Below, piece after piece: positions 37,621-46,801 of a stretch of 64,000 nt of DNA. Origin of the DNA: Nitratiruptor sp. (GTDB lineage: Bacteria > Campylobacterota > Campylobacteria > Campylobacterales > Nitratiruptoraceae); the NCBI GenBank assembly GCA_009659925.1, contig PUXW01000008.1, positions 3,398 to 67,397 of the forward strand, written 5' to 3'. Made by a program: the position numbers and the translations under genes. The notes under the pieces were generated by a model. The model was not told the origin of the DNA. It did not search any database and saw nothing but the letters and a program-made list of their open reading frames with translations. Every line of letters begins with the position of its first letter. Position 1 is the first letter of the stretch.

Positions 37621-38328
37621 ATGGGCAAGCTCTTCGCCGTGTTGCTCCTTGCCACTTATGCCATGGCCCAGATCCGGGTGGCCATTGCCGCCAATATGAG
37701 CTATGCCATGCCTGAGTTGCTCCAGGCCTTCCATCAGAGATATCCCCAGATCCAGGTCCAAACTATTATCGGCAGCAGTGGGAAATTGGCAACCCAGATC
37801 CTCCATGGAGCCAAATACGATCTCTACCTCTCAGCCGATGGCTCCTACCCGGCCCGCCTCTACCACGAGGGCAAGAGTGCCACCCGTCCCATCACCTATG
37901 CCCTCGGCTCCCTAGTCCTCGTGACCCGTCGCCCCATAGCCGATATACACGACCTTGCCAACCTCAAACGCATTGCCATCGCCAATCCCAAGACGGCCCC
38001 CTACGGAGCGGCGGCCAAGGAGCTCCTCCAGCGCCTTGGTCTCTGGAAGCGCCTCCAGGACCGCCTGGTCTATGGGGAGTCCATTGCCCAGACCCTTCAC
38101 TACGCCCTTCGGGGTGGGGTGGATGGGGCCATCGTAGCCCGCTCCGCCATTGCCGCCCACTCCATCCCTCTCCATGTGATGCCCCTGGATCCCACCCTCC
38201 ACAGCCCTATCCAACAGAAGATGGTCCTTTTGAAGCCAAGTGGGCCTGGTGCCCTGCTCTTTACTTTTCTCCTCAGCCCCGAAGCCGAAGGTATCTTGCG
38301 GCGCTATGGCTATGAGGTTCCCCAATGA
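37621..38328 (+). CDS. modA: molybdate ABC transporter substrate-binding protein
   Basis: Signal peptide, 'SSGKLATQI' and 'ANPKTAPYG' ModA-type motifs; followed by modB and modC. Confidence 0.85.
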   Translation: MGKLFAVLLLATYAMAQIRVAIAANMSYAMPELLQAFHQRYPQIQVQTIIGSSGKLATQILHGAKYDLYLSADGSYPARLYHEGKSATRPITYALGSLVLVTRRPIADIHDLANLKRIAIANPKTAPYGAAAKELLQRLGLWKRLQDRLVYGESIAQTLHYALRGGVDGAIVARSAIAAHSIPLHVMPLDPTLHSPIQQKMVLLKPSGPGALLFTFLLSPEAEGILRRYGYEVPQ

Positions 38329-38984
38329 TCGACTGGACTCCCTTCTGGCTCTCCTTGAAGCTGGCGGCCCTGACCACCGCTCTCCTCCTCTTCATCGCCG
38401 CTCCTCTGGCCTGGTGGCTCTCCCAGCACCACTCCCCCTTCAAACCCTTGATCGAATCGGTCCTTGCCCTTCCCATCGTCTTGCCCCCTTCGGTGCTGGG
38501 CTTTTATTTCCTCCTCCTCTTCGCCCCCCAAAGCCCCCTTGGCAGCTTCCTGCTCGCCTGTTGCGACCTGGAGCTCCTCTTCACCTTTCCAGGGTTGGTG
38601 GTGGCCAGTACCATCTACTCCCTCCCCTTCATGGTCCAACCCCTCCAAAGCGGCTTCCAATCTCTGCCCCGGGAGATCATCGAGGCAAGCTATCTAGCGG
38701 GCAAGGGTTTTTGGACCACCTTTTTGCGTATCGCCCTGCCCTCCATTAAACCGGCCCTCATGAGTGGAATTATCGTCACCTTTGCCCATACGATGGGGGA
38801 GTTTGGGGTGGTATTGATGGTTGGAGGCTCGATCCCTGGAGAGACCAAAGTAGCCAGTGTCGCCATCTATGAGTTCGTCGAACAGCTCCGCTACGAGGAG
38901 GCCCACATCTATAGTGCCCTCATGCTGGCCATCAGCTTCCTAGCCCTCTTGCTCTTGCACTGGAGCACCAGGAGGCGGGGATGA
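38325..38984 (+). CDS. modB: molybdate ABC transporter permease
   Basis: 'EASYLAGKGFWTTFLRIALP' EAA loop, 5-6 TMs, and an ATGA overlap with modA. Confidence 0.88.
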   Translation: MIDWTPFWLSLKLAALTTALLLFIAAPLAWWLSQHHSPFKPLIESVLALPIVLPPSVLGFYFLLLFAPQSPLGSFLLACCDLELLFTFPGLVVASTIYSLPFMVQPLQSGFQSLPREIIEASYLAGKGFWTTFLRIALPSIKPALMSGIIVTFAHTMGEFGVVLMVGGSIPGETKVASVAIYEFVEQLRYEEAHIYSALMLAISFLALLLLHWSTRRRG

Positions 38985-39631
38985 TCGCCTTGGCCGTCCA
39001 AAAGGCCCTCCCCCACTTCCACCTCGATATCGAGCTCACCATTCCCCGCCACAGCTTCCTTGGGATCATGGGGCCAAGTGGGAGTGGCAAGAGTACCCTC
39101 TTGCGGATCGTTGCTGGTTTAGAGCGGGCCCAGGGGCGTATCGAAGTGGATGGGACCATCTGGCTCGATCCAAAGACTTTCCTCCCTCCCCAGAAGCGTT
39201 CCATCGGCTTTGTAGTCCAGGAGTACGCCCTCTTTCCCAATCTCACGGTTCTCGGAAATCTGCTCTATGTTGAGAAGAACCCCTCCCTTGCCCGTCACCT
39301 GTTGGAGGTGGTAGAACTTTGGAAGCTCCGGGATAGCTATCCCAAGGCCCTTAGTGGAGGGCAACGCCAGCGGGTCGCTTTGGCAAGAGCCCTCATGCGC
39401 CGCCCCAAACTCCTGTTGCTGGATGAGCCTCTGGCTGCCCTCGATCCGAGAATGCGCCTCAAGCTCCAAGGGGAGATCCGTCGCCTCCACGAAGAGTTTG
39501 GGACCACCACCATCATGGTTAGCCACGACCTGGCCGAGCTCCAGCGGCTGTGTGACAGGATCGTCACCATCGACCAGGGCCGCATCGTCCAGGGGGGGAG
39601 CCTCCCCTTTCGACTCGCCGCTTTACGCTAG
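38981..39631 (+). CDS. modC: ABC transporter ATP-binding protein (short ModC-like, no TOBE domain)
   Basis: Walker A 'GPSGSGKST', signature 'LSGGQRQR' and Walker B 'LLLLDEP'. It overlaps modB. Confidence 0.75.
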   Translation: MIALAVQKALPHFHLDIELTIPRHSFLGIMGPSGSGKSTLLRIVAGLERAQGRIEVDGTIWLDPKTFLPPQKRSIGFVVQEYALFPNLTVLGNLLYVEKNPSLARHLLEVVELWKLRDSYPKALSGGQRQRVALARALMRRPKLLLLDEPLAALDPRMRLKLQGEIRRLHEEFGTTTIMVSHDLAELQRLCDRIVTIDQGRIVQGGSLPFRLAALR

Positions 39632-40845
39632 GCTCCCAGGTTGGTGATGATTTCGTAAATTGGCATCAAGACCCCAGCCGCTACAAGTCCCAGAATGGCT
39701 CCCAGGATCACCTGCAAGGCCGGTTCAATCATGGTGGTCAGCCGTTCCAAGGTGTTGCGGATCTCCTCTTCATAGACCTCAATGGCTCGCTGGAGGGATT
39801 CATCCAACTTTCCCGTACTCTCGCCGATGAGGACCGTTCGCAAGACCAGCTTGGAGAAGAGGCCGCTTTGCTCGAAGGCTTCGGAAAGGGAGTAGCCGTT
39901 GTTGATGGAGCGGTAGATCTCCTCGAAGCGCTCTCGGATGTAGCTGTTGGGTTCGAGCTCCTTGTAGATGAGCTCGAGGCCCTTGACCAGGGAGGAGCCG
40001 GTGCGGTACATGTCCCGAATGGTCTTGAGGTTTTCGGTAATGCGGCTCAAGAAGATGAGGCGTCCGAAGATGGGCAGGCGGAGGATATATTTGTCGTAGA
40101 GGTAGCGGAACTCCTCCCGCCACAAGACCAAAATTTTGATGGCAAAAAGGGTTCCAAGGAGGATGGCAAAGAAGTAGACGAAGATGATCTTGTGGTTGGT
40201 TACATAGATGAGGATCTGGGTGGGCAGGGGCATGGAGGGGAGTTTTAGGGAGTTGAAGACCGTCAGGATCTTGGGAAGGACCCAAAAGAGCATGACCGAA
40301 ATGGTGACGCTCATGACCAGGACAACGATGATCGGGTAGGTGAGGGCCTTCTTGATGGAGGCCCGCAATTTCAAGAGCCAGCGCAGATAGTTGGCGTACT
40401 CGATGAGGGTGGGACCAAGCATCCCCGTCATCTCGCTCACCTCGGTCATAGCCACCAGGTTGCGGGGGAAGTCCCGGTACTTCTTGATGGCGTTGCTAAA
40501 GCTCGTTCCATTCTCCAGGTCCTGGACGATCTTTTTCAAGAGGTAGCGCATCTTCGCCGAAGAGGCGTGCTCGGTGAAGTCCTCGATGGCCTGGATGATA
40601 TCGATCCCGATCTCCAGGGATTTGCCTACATGAAAACAGAAATCCTCCAGCTCCCGGAGCCCCACCTTTTGAAAGCGCAGAGAGAGGCCTTGGAACTTTC
40701 CCTTGGGGCGGATATCGAGGAGGACCAGGTTGGTCCGGTATCGGAGGATCTCGTTGATGATCTCATCCTCGCTTCGGGCCTCAATCTCGTCGAAATCGAT
40801 CTCGCCACTGCGGGTGTCGTAATACTTGACGATGAAGGTGGCCAT
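39628..40845 (-). CDS. type II secretion / type IV pilus platform protein (GspF/PilC family)
   Basis: Two T2SSF-like repeats and three TMs; 405 aa. Its stop overlaps the modC stop as CTAG, and its start overlaps the upstream stop as TAATG. Confidence 0.9.
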   Translation of the reverse strand: MATFIVKYYDTRSGEIDFDEIEARSEDEIINEILRYRTNLVLLDIRPKGKFQGLSLRFQKVGLRELEDFCFHVGKSLEIGIDIIQAIEDFTEHASSAKMRYLLKKIVQDLENGTSFSNAIKKYRDFPRNLVAMTEVSEMTGMLGPTLIEYANYLRWLLKLRASIKKALTYPIIVVLVMSVTISVMLFWVLPKILTVFNSLKLPSMPLPTQILIYVTNHKIIFVYFFAILLGTLFAIKILVLWREEFRYLYDKYILRLPIFGRLIFLSRITENLKTIRDMYRTGSSLVKGLELIYKELEPNSYIRERFEEIYRSINNGYSLSEAFEQSGLFSKLVLRTVLIGESTGKLDESLQRAIEVYEEEIRNTLERLTTMIEPALQVILGAILGLVAAGVLMPIYEIITNLGA

Positions 40846-42524
40846 TAGTGGAGCCCCTTATTGGTTCTCAAGACCCGGACCAGCTCTTCGACGGTGGTCA
40901 GTTTGGAGAGCACTTTCTCGACTGCATCCTTGTACATTGGCTTCATTCCCCGCTGGATCGCTTTTTTGCGTAGGTCAATGGCCGAAATGGAGCGTAGATT
41001 GACGATATCGTTTTGCAACTCCTGGTCGGGGATGAAGATCTCCCCGACGACCACCCGTCCCTTGTAGCCTGTGAAGTTGCACTCCAGACACCCTTTCCCC
41101 TTGGCCAGGATGATGGACTCGGTCGAATCGAGTCCGAGGATCTCCTTCTCCTCCTCATTGGCCTCATACTCATACTGGCAGACCGGACAGATGCGGCGCA
41201 AGAGGCGCTGGCCGATGATTCCAAGGAGTGCCGGTCCCAAGGAGGCGGTTTCGACTCCCATGTTGGCCAGACGGTAAGGGGCATCGGTAGAGATGTTGCT
41301 GTGGAGGGTGGAGAGGACCAGGTGGCCGGTCTCTGCCGCCTTGATGGCGATGTCGGCGGTGGTCAGGTCCCGAATCTCTCCGATGAGGATGATGTCCGGA
41401 TCTTGGCGCAAAATGGAGCGCAAAGCCTTTTCGAAGGTGAGCCCGGCCCGCTCGTTCACGGCGATCTGGCGGATGAGGTCCCACTTGATCTCTGGGGGAT
41501 CCTCGATGGTGATGATACACTTTTTGAGGGAGAAGACATGCTCGAGCATGGCGTAAAGGGTCGTGGTCTTCCCGCTTCCTGTAGGACCGGTGGCCAGGAT
41601 GATCCCATAGGGCTGTTTGGCGACTGCTGAGAGCTTTTGGAGTTCTTTGGGGGAGTAGCCGAGATTGGAGAGGACTGGAAGCTCCCCGCCGATGTTGAGA
41701 AGTCGCATGACGGCGATCTCCCCGAAAACGGCTGGGGAGGTGGCCAGACGGACATCGATCTCCCGCTTGCCATACTTGATGGTGAAGTGGCCATCGAGGG
41801 GCATGCGGGATTCGGAGATATCGAGGTTGGCCATGATCTTGAGTCGGACGATGATGGAGCTGTGGATCTTCTTGGGAAGGACGAGGCGCACCCGCAAGAT
41901 TCCATCGATACGAAACTTAACCCGGGTTACGTTCTTGCCCGTTTCGATATGGACGTCGCTGGCGTTCTCCTCGATAGCTTTGTAGAGGATGTGGTTGACC
42001 AGGTCGATAATGGAGCGGTCCTCCCCCACATTGATGTTGCGATCGATCCGTTTGAGGATGTCGTTGACGATCTGGTCGATGTTGTACCTGGCCCCGTAGA
42101 AGCGTTTGAAAAGCTCTTCGTAATCGCTCTCCCCGACCTTGACGATCTCGATCTTGTAGTTGCCGTAGTACTTACGGACGATGGGCAAGATCTCGGGCAA
42201 AGAGACGCTCTTGTAGGAAGCGATGTAGAGGGTATCGTCTTCGATGCGCAAGGGGATGATGGAGAAGCGGAGGGCATACTCCTTAGGGAGCTTTTTGGCT
42301 ACCTCCTCGTCGGCCTCCTGCTGGTCCCCATCCTCTTCTTCTCCCATCTGTTTGGCCAGAGCCTTGAGGAGGATGTTCTCCGAGACGAATCCCAGGCGCA
42401 AGAGGACCTCGCCCAACATCTCTCCCGTATGCTGTTGCTCCTTGAGGGCGAGCTCTAGGAGTTCGTCGGTGATGGCTCCTTCCTCTTTGAGGAGCTCTCC
42501 AAGCTTTTTCGGTGGTGTTGCCAT
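40845..42524 (-). CDS. GspE/PilB-family assembly ATPase
   Basis: N-terminal T2SSE_N-like 'LGELLKEEGAITDELLELALKEQ', Walker A 'GPTGSGKTTT', 'LRQDPD', and the tetracysteine 'CPVC...CLEC'. Confidence 0.9.
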   Translation of the reverse strand: MATPPKKLGELLKEEGAITDELLELALKEQQHTGEMLGEVLLRLGFVSENILLKALAKQMGEEEDGDQQEADEEVAKKLPKEYALRFSIIPLRIEDDTLYIASYKSVSLPEILPIVRKYYGNYKIEIVKVGESDYEELFKRFYGARYNIDQIVNDILKRIDRNINVGEDRSIIDLVNHILYKAIEENASDVHIETGKNVTRVKFRIDGILRVRLVLPKKIHSSIIVRLKIMANLDISESRMPLDGHFTIKYGKREIDVRLATSPAVFGEIAVMRLLNIGGELPVLSNLGYSPKELQKLSAVAKQPYGIILATGPTGSGKTTTLYAMLEHVFSLKKCIITIEDPPEIKWDLIRQIAVNERAGLTFEKALRSILRQDPDIILIGEIRDLTTADIAIKAAETGHLVLSTLHSNISTDAPYRLANMGVETASLGPALLGIIGQRLLRRICPVCQYEYEANEEEKEILGLDSTESIILAKGKGCLECNFTGYKGRVVVGEIFIPDQELQNDIVNLRSISAIDLRKKAIQRGMKPMYKDAVEKVLSKLTTVEELVRVLRTNKGLH

Positions 42525-43126
42525 TAGAGTACCTTTGCCCGTTCTAGCCGTTTTCTATCTTTGGAGGTGATGAGGGGGAAGAGAAAGGTCCCCTTCAAGA
42601 TTCCCCGTTCCAACACGAAACGCTCCGGATCCTCGATGGAGTAGATGGTCGCCTCCTTCAAAGCGATGAGGAAGCGGTAGAGGTCCAGCTTCGAGGGGGC
42701 CTTGACGAGGAGGGCGATCCGGGCCAGAGAGGAAGGGGCCTTCTTGCTTCGCCTCTTTTTCCCCTTGCTCTCCGGCTCTTTCGCTTGGGCCAGGACCACC
42801 TGGACTCCGTTGCGCTTGGCCTCCTGGAAGAGGAAGCTGTAAATTTCCCGCTGGTTTTCAAAGAGCCGCTTGCCCGCTAGGAGCTGGCGCATCTTCTCGA
42901 TCCCCTTTTGCTCCCGTTTGAGGCTCTCGCGCAGTTGGGTGAGATCCTGCCGTTTGCGCTCAAACTCTTGCTGGAGGTTCTCATACTCCTCTTGGAGTTT
43001 GATGTGGGAGTTGACGAAGTAGACCATCAAGGCGATCTCGGCTCCCAGGAGGAAGAGGAGGGTGAGGAAGATGAGAAAGTACTTCTTCTCCAGCTCCATT
43101 GCAAAGGTGCCACTTTTAAGTAGCAT
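42524..43126 (-). CDS. bitopic PilO/GspM-like assembly protein (putative)
   Basis: N-terminal TM 'YFLIFLTLLFLLGAEIALMVYF', a coiled coil 'KLQEEYENLQQEFERKRQDLTQLRESL' and a ~90-aa periplasmic alpha/beta region. Assignment is by architecture and position only. Confidence 0.45.
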   Translation of the reverse strand: MLLKSGTFAMELEKKYFLIFLTLLFLLGAEIALMVYFVNSHIKLQEEYENLQQEFERKRQDLTQLRESLKREQKGIEKMRQLLAGKRLFENQREIYSFLFQEAKRNGVQVVLAQAKEPESKGKKRRSKKAPSSLARIALLVKAPSKLDLYRFLIALKEATIYSIEDPERFVLERGILKGTFLFPLITSKDRKRLERAKVL

Positions 43127-44456
43127 AGTTCAACTCCTCTAGCTCGATCTTGTAAAAGGTAAGCAGCTGCCCCTCTCGGTTGACGACGATCTCCTTGTGA
43201 ATCTTCTTGAAGAGGGGGACCTTGGTGATGGCCTGCTCGAAGTGCTCCATCGCCTCTTGGTTGGGGAAGGTGAAGACCCCGACAAACTGGTACTGGGGTT
43301 TGAGGCGCTTCTTCTTCCTTCCTCTAGAGGAGCTATTTTTGTTTTGGATCTGGAGGGAGACGACCTCCCCTTTTTGGCCTTGGACCTCCCGCTCAATGAG
43401 GAAGGATCCTTCGATAAAGAGGGGGTAGGGGAGCTTCTTGATGGTCTTGATGTAGTTGGTAGAGGAGATGGCAATTTGGTTCTGCTCCATCTTGTTGCGC
43501 TCAATTTGCTCCTGGGTCTCTGCGAGTTGGTGCCCCAGGCTCTCGAACCGTTTGGAGAGTTGGTAGTAGCGCATATACTCCCAGGAGAGTCCAGAGGCCA
43601 GGGCGAGGACGAGGAAGGAGAGGGCGTAGATGAACCGTTTATTATCCTCGGGGGAGAGGTAGATGCGGATGGGCTCTTTCTCGATGATAGGTTTGGCTCG
43701 AAAGACCAGGGGGAAGAGGAGGGCAACATTGACCTGGGGGTAGGCTTCGTGGAGTTTGGCCAGCTGCTTTCCGATCTTCCCCTGTTTGAGAAAGTCGAAG
43801 TACTCCTTGGGGAAGCGATCTTCGCCAAAGATGAAGATCTGCTCCTCCTTCAAATCGAGGCCGAGCTTATCTTGGACGAGCTCTCGCAACATCCCGCTCT
43901 CGAAGGGAACGCTCCGATAGGAGATGTTGAGGATTTGCATCTCCCGATGGTAGAAGACCATGGAGGTGATGAGGTCGTGGCCGTAGTGGACGACGGCGTA
44001 GAGCTCCTCATTGGAGGAGCGCTGGGCCAGTTCGATGAAGAAGTCGTAGAGGAGGTAGAGCTCGTTGACGGGCATCTCCTGCTCGATGATCCGCTTGGGG
44101 AGGATGTAGAGAAAGACCGTCACGAACCCCTTCTTTTCCCGACTTGGATACTCCTTGAAGAAGAAGGAGTACTCCTGGGAGCTGAGGCCGCTCTCTTCGA
44201 GGCGGCTGATGGCGTAGTTCTCGATCTGGAGGTATTTGAGGTTCTTCTTGAGGGATTTGGGGAATTCGAGTTTATAAAAGAGGGTCTCTTCGCTGTTGAG
44301 GATCCCCACGAGGTAGCTGCTCTCAAGCCTGTGGAGGTTGGCGACGAACTCCTCCACATTGAGCTGGAGGAGGTGGCGTTTTTTGAGGCTCCGTTTGTAG
44401 ACGATCGCCTCGACGATCCGGTCGTTCTCTTGCAAGTAGTTGTAAAATCGCATCAT
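43116..44456 (-). CDS. GspL-like / PilM-PilN-fusion-like bitopic protein (putative)
   Basis: A ~275-aa cytoplasmic domain, one TM 'FIYALSFLVLALASGLSW' (residues ~275-295), a coiled coil and a ~100-aa periplasmic domain. Assignment is by architecture and position only. Confidence 0.4.
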   Translation of the reverse strand: MMRFYNYLQENDRIVEAIVYKRSLKKRHLLQLNVEEFVANLHRLESSYLVGILNSEETLFYKLEFPKSLKKNLKYLQIENYAISRLEESGLSSQEYSFFFKEYPSREKKGFVTVFLYILPKRIIEQEMPVNELYLLYDFFIELAQRSSNEELYAVVHYGHDLITSMVFYHREMQILNISYRSVPFESGMLRELVQDKLGLDLKEEQIFIFGEDRFPKEYFDFLKQGKIGKQLAKLHEAYPQVNVALLFPLVFRAKPIIEKEPIRIYLSPEDNKRFIYALSFLVLALASGLSWEYMRYYQLSKRFESLGHQLAETQEQIERNKMEQNQIAISSTNYIKTIKKLPYPLFIEGSFLIEREVQGQKGEVVSLQIQNKNSSSRGRKKKRLKPQYQFVGVFTFPNQEAMEHFEQAITKVPLFKKIHKEIVVNREGQLLTFYKIELEELNYAT

Positions 44457-44462
44457 TCCGTC

Positions 44463-46064
44463 CTACAAGTTGCAGTTGAGCTCCCCATCCTTTTCCAGGA
44501 GGCAACGGCCATCGTTCTTCCCTTCCATCGAAGCCTTGATGATATCGTTGAGCAGATAGTGGTCCTCCCCTTCACACTTGGCCTTGTTGAAGAGGATGAA
44601 GGGGTTCGTAAAGAGGTCGATGCGCACCAGCTTCCCTCCAGAGCGCTGGATGGTGTGGCACCCCCTATCGTCTAGGTAGGAGACATCCTCTCCCAAGATG
44701 AGTTCCAACGTCGTAAAGCCGTTATCCTTGGGGCCATCACTGGAGAGGAGGAGGATTCGATCCTGGTTGCGATCCCCCTGGGTCCAGAGTTTGGCCAGGG
44801 TCGTGATGGGGTCCCGTTCATTCTCGCAATCGTCCAAGGAGTTGTAAAAGGCGATTTCGTCCACCTGGGCATCGATGGAATAGACGATACTCGGGTACTC
44901 GCTCAAGTCGGTGCACTCCAGCTCTCCATCCTCGTCGACCACATGGCCAGCGATGGAAGAGGCGATCATGACGACGATCTTCTCCCCAGGTTCGACGCCT
45001 TCAGCTCCGATTCCAACCCCTTGATCGTAGGCCCCCACCAGTTCGGGAAGGCGGATGGGATCTCCGTTGCAATCAGACTGGGTGAAGAACTTGACGCTAT
45101 CCCTGGTCTCCTTGTCGATTCCGAAGAAGAGGCCAGCCTCCTCCTCATACCCGAAGTCCTTCCAGTTGTAGCACTGCCACTCCTTCCCGTCGAAGAGTTT
45201 GACCGAGCTCTCTTGGACCTTCTGGACGAAGAGGAAGAAGCGTTGGGGATAGGAGAGGGAGCTGCACAGCCCCTGGAGGAGGCGCTGGATCGTCAGCTCC
45301 CCTACGATATCGCTATAACCGCTACACCCCTCTCCCTCGACCCTCACTTTGGCGGCGGCATACTCCTTGTTCCCCCCTTTGTTCTTACCACTGACTCCCG
45401 GACACTCCCCTTGGGAGATGAAAAGGGCTGCCACACTATACCCTGTGCCCGGGGTGATGAGCTCATCATCCTTGGTATCTCCCTTGTCGGTGACGATGGG
45501 GAGGTAGTAGCTGGAGTTGATCTCGGGAGTGCTATTGATGGTGGTCTTGTTGCTCAAAAAGGCGACCAGAGGGCAGAGGCGTTGGAGGGAGCCCTTTTGG
45601 GCTAGCTCGAAGTTGACATCGTAGCGGATAGGTTTCTGGAAGCCATCTTCCTTGCGCTCTCCCAATGTAGCGTAGGGAAGGAGGTAGGGGGGAATGTTCT
45701 GCCCCCTGGCAAAGTCGATATCGCCGCAGCGGTCATTGCGTAAGGGGGTGTGGGTGGTGTAGTAGTACTTGGCCAGGCAAGCCCCCTCTTCCAGATCGAC
45801 CTCTCCATCTCCATCGATGTCGCATCCCTCCTCCTTCTTGCAGCGATCCTCATACCCATCGCAGTCGATGTCTGGGCATGGGAGGGCTCCGTTGGTCATG
45901 GCGTAGGTGATCGCCGAATCTTGGAGCTTTTGCAAGTAGAGTTTGGTGCCCCGATAGCGTTCTCCCTGGGAGACCTTGCCAAAGGAGGTAACCCCCATGG
46001 CGATGAGGAAGGAGACGATGATGAGGACGATTGCCATCTCAACTAGAGTGAATCCCCGTCTCAT
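44463..46064 (-). CDS. giant prepilin-type (class III signal peptide) protein, 533 aa, Cys/Asp-rich
   Basis: 'MRRG|FTLVEMAIVLIIVSFLIAMG' has Gly-1, Phe+1 and Glu+5. I count 18 Cys. It carries the Cys-flanked 'CDIDGDGEVD' loop. Confidence 0.75.
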   Translation of the reverse strand: MRRGFTLVEMAIVLIIVSFLIAMGVTSFGKVSQGERYRGTKLYLQKLQDSAITYAMTNGALPCPDIDCDGYEDRCKKEEGCDIDGDGEVDLEEGACLAKYYYTTHTPLRNDRCGDIDFARGQNIPPYLLPYATLGERKEDGFQKPIRYDVNFELAQKGSLQRLCPLVAFLSNKTTINSTPEINSSYYLPIVTDKGDTKDDELITPGTGYSVAALFISQGECPGVSGKNKGGNKEYAAAKVRVEGEGCSGYSDIVGELTIQRLLQGLCSSLSYPQRFFLFVQKVQESSVKLFDGKEWQCYNWKDFGYEEEAGLFFGIDKETRDSVKFFTQSDCNGDPIRLPELVGAYDQGVGIGAEGVEPGEKIVVMIASSIAGHVVDEDGELECTDLSEYPSIVYSIDAQVDEIAFYNSLDDCENERDPITTLAKLWTQGDRNQDRILLLSSDGPKDNGFTTLELILGEDVSYLDDRGCHTIQRSGGKLVRIDLFTNPFILFNKAKCEGEDHYLLNDIIKASMEGKNDGRCLLEKDGELNCNL

Positions 46065-46801
46065 AGCTCTTTACTCCTGAAAAGATAGCTTGCAATGGCC
46101 AGAATGGCACCGATATAGATGAGGCTATAGAGAGCCAGCTGCCAGAGGCTCACACTCCCTTCGACCCCATAGACCACCAAGGCCGAGAGGTCGTAGAAGT
46201 CGTAGCTGGGGAAGAGGGTGTAGAAAAAGCGGGCCAGGGCCTCGACGACTGGACTCTCGCTGGCCATCTTGGCGAATTCGTAGGTACTGTGGGCGAGAAA
46301 GTAGAACATGAAGGTAAGCAGGACCGCCACTCCGGCAGAAGTGTAGATGCCAAAGAGGAGGGCGGCTGCAAGGGTGGTCAGTTGCTCCAGATAGAGGGCC
46401 AGGAAGTAGGCTAGAAGAGAGAGAGGCTTTTGGATGAAGATGAGGGAGAGCAGGAAGGCGATGAGGACCAGGATTCCCACCACAATCCCATAGCCCCCAT
46501 ACTTACCTGCGATGAAGGCCACAGGGTGAATAGGCTTGGAGCGATAGATGAGGGCCATATTCCCAGCCATTTCGTAGGAGACCTTCATGGGGACGAAGAA
46601 GATGACGCTGAAGCTGATGAGGTAGTAGAAGAGGGCGAGGAGGTTGATGGCAAAAGAGATATCGATCCACTTGGTGCTGAAGTTGGCGAAGTAGTAGGCA
46701 AAGGCGACGACGAAGAGGTAGAAGGCGAGTAAAACCGCGATGAAGCGATCCCGCAACCCCTCTTTCAAGGTGAAGCGGGCGATGATACTACTTTTGCGCA
46801 T
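46061..46801 (-). CDS. ABC-2-type transporter permease
   Basis: Start set at MRKSSIIARF (AAGGAG SD 7 nt upstream). About 6 TMs and no recognisable soluble domain. ATGA overlap with the downstream prepilin gene. Confidence 0.65.
   Translation of the reverse strand: MRKSSIIARFTLKEGLRDRFIAVLLAFYLFVVAFAYYFANFSTKWIDISFAINLLALFYYLISFSVIFFVPMKVSYEMAGNMALIYRSKPIHPVAFIAGKYGGYGIVVGILVLIAFLLSLIFIQKPLSLLAYFLALYLEQLTTLAAALLFGIYTSAGVAVLLTFMFYFLAHSTYEFAKMASESPVVEALARFFYTLFPSYDFYDLSALVVYGVEGSVSLWQLALYSLIYIGAILAIASYLFRSKEL

Noticed and set aside
43197-44675. 492-aa plus-strand ORF across the GspL-like and prepilin genes. Similar cases are 47634-48512, 48648-49754, 51143-52165 and 52175-53548.
   Set aside because: All are antisense to the coherent, translationally coupled minus-strand operon. 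Their translations are Asp/Glu/Gly/Leu/Val-rich with no TM or signal features or motifs.
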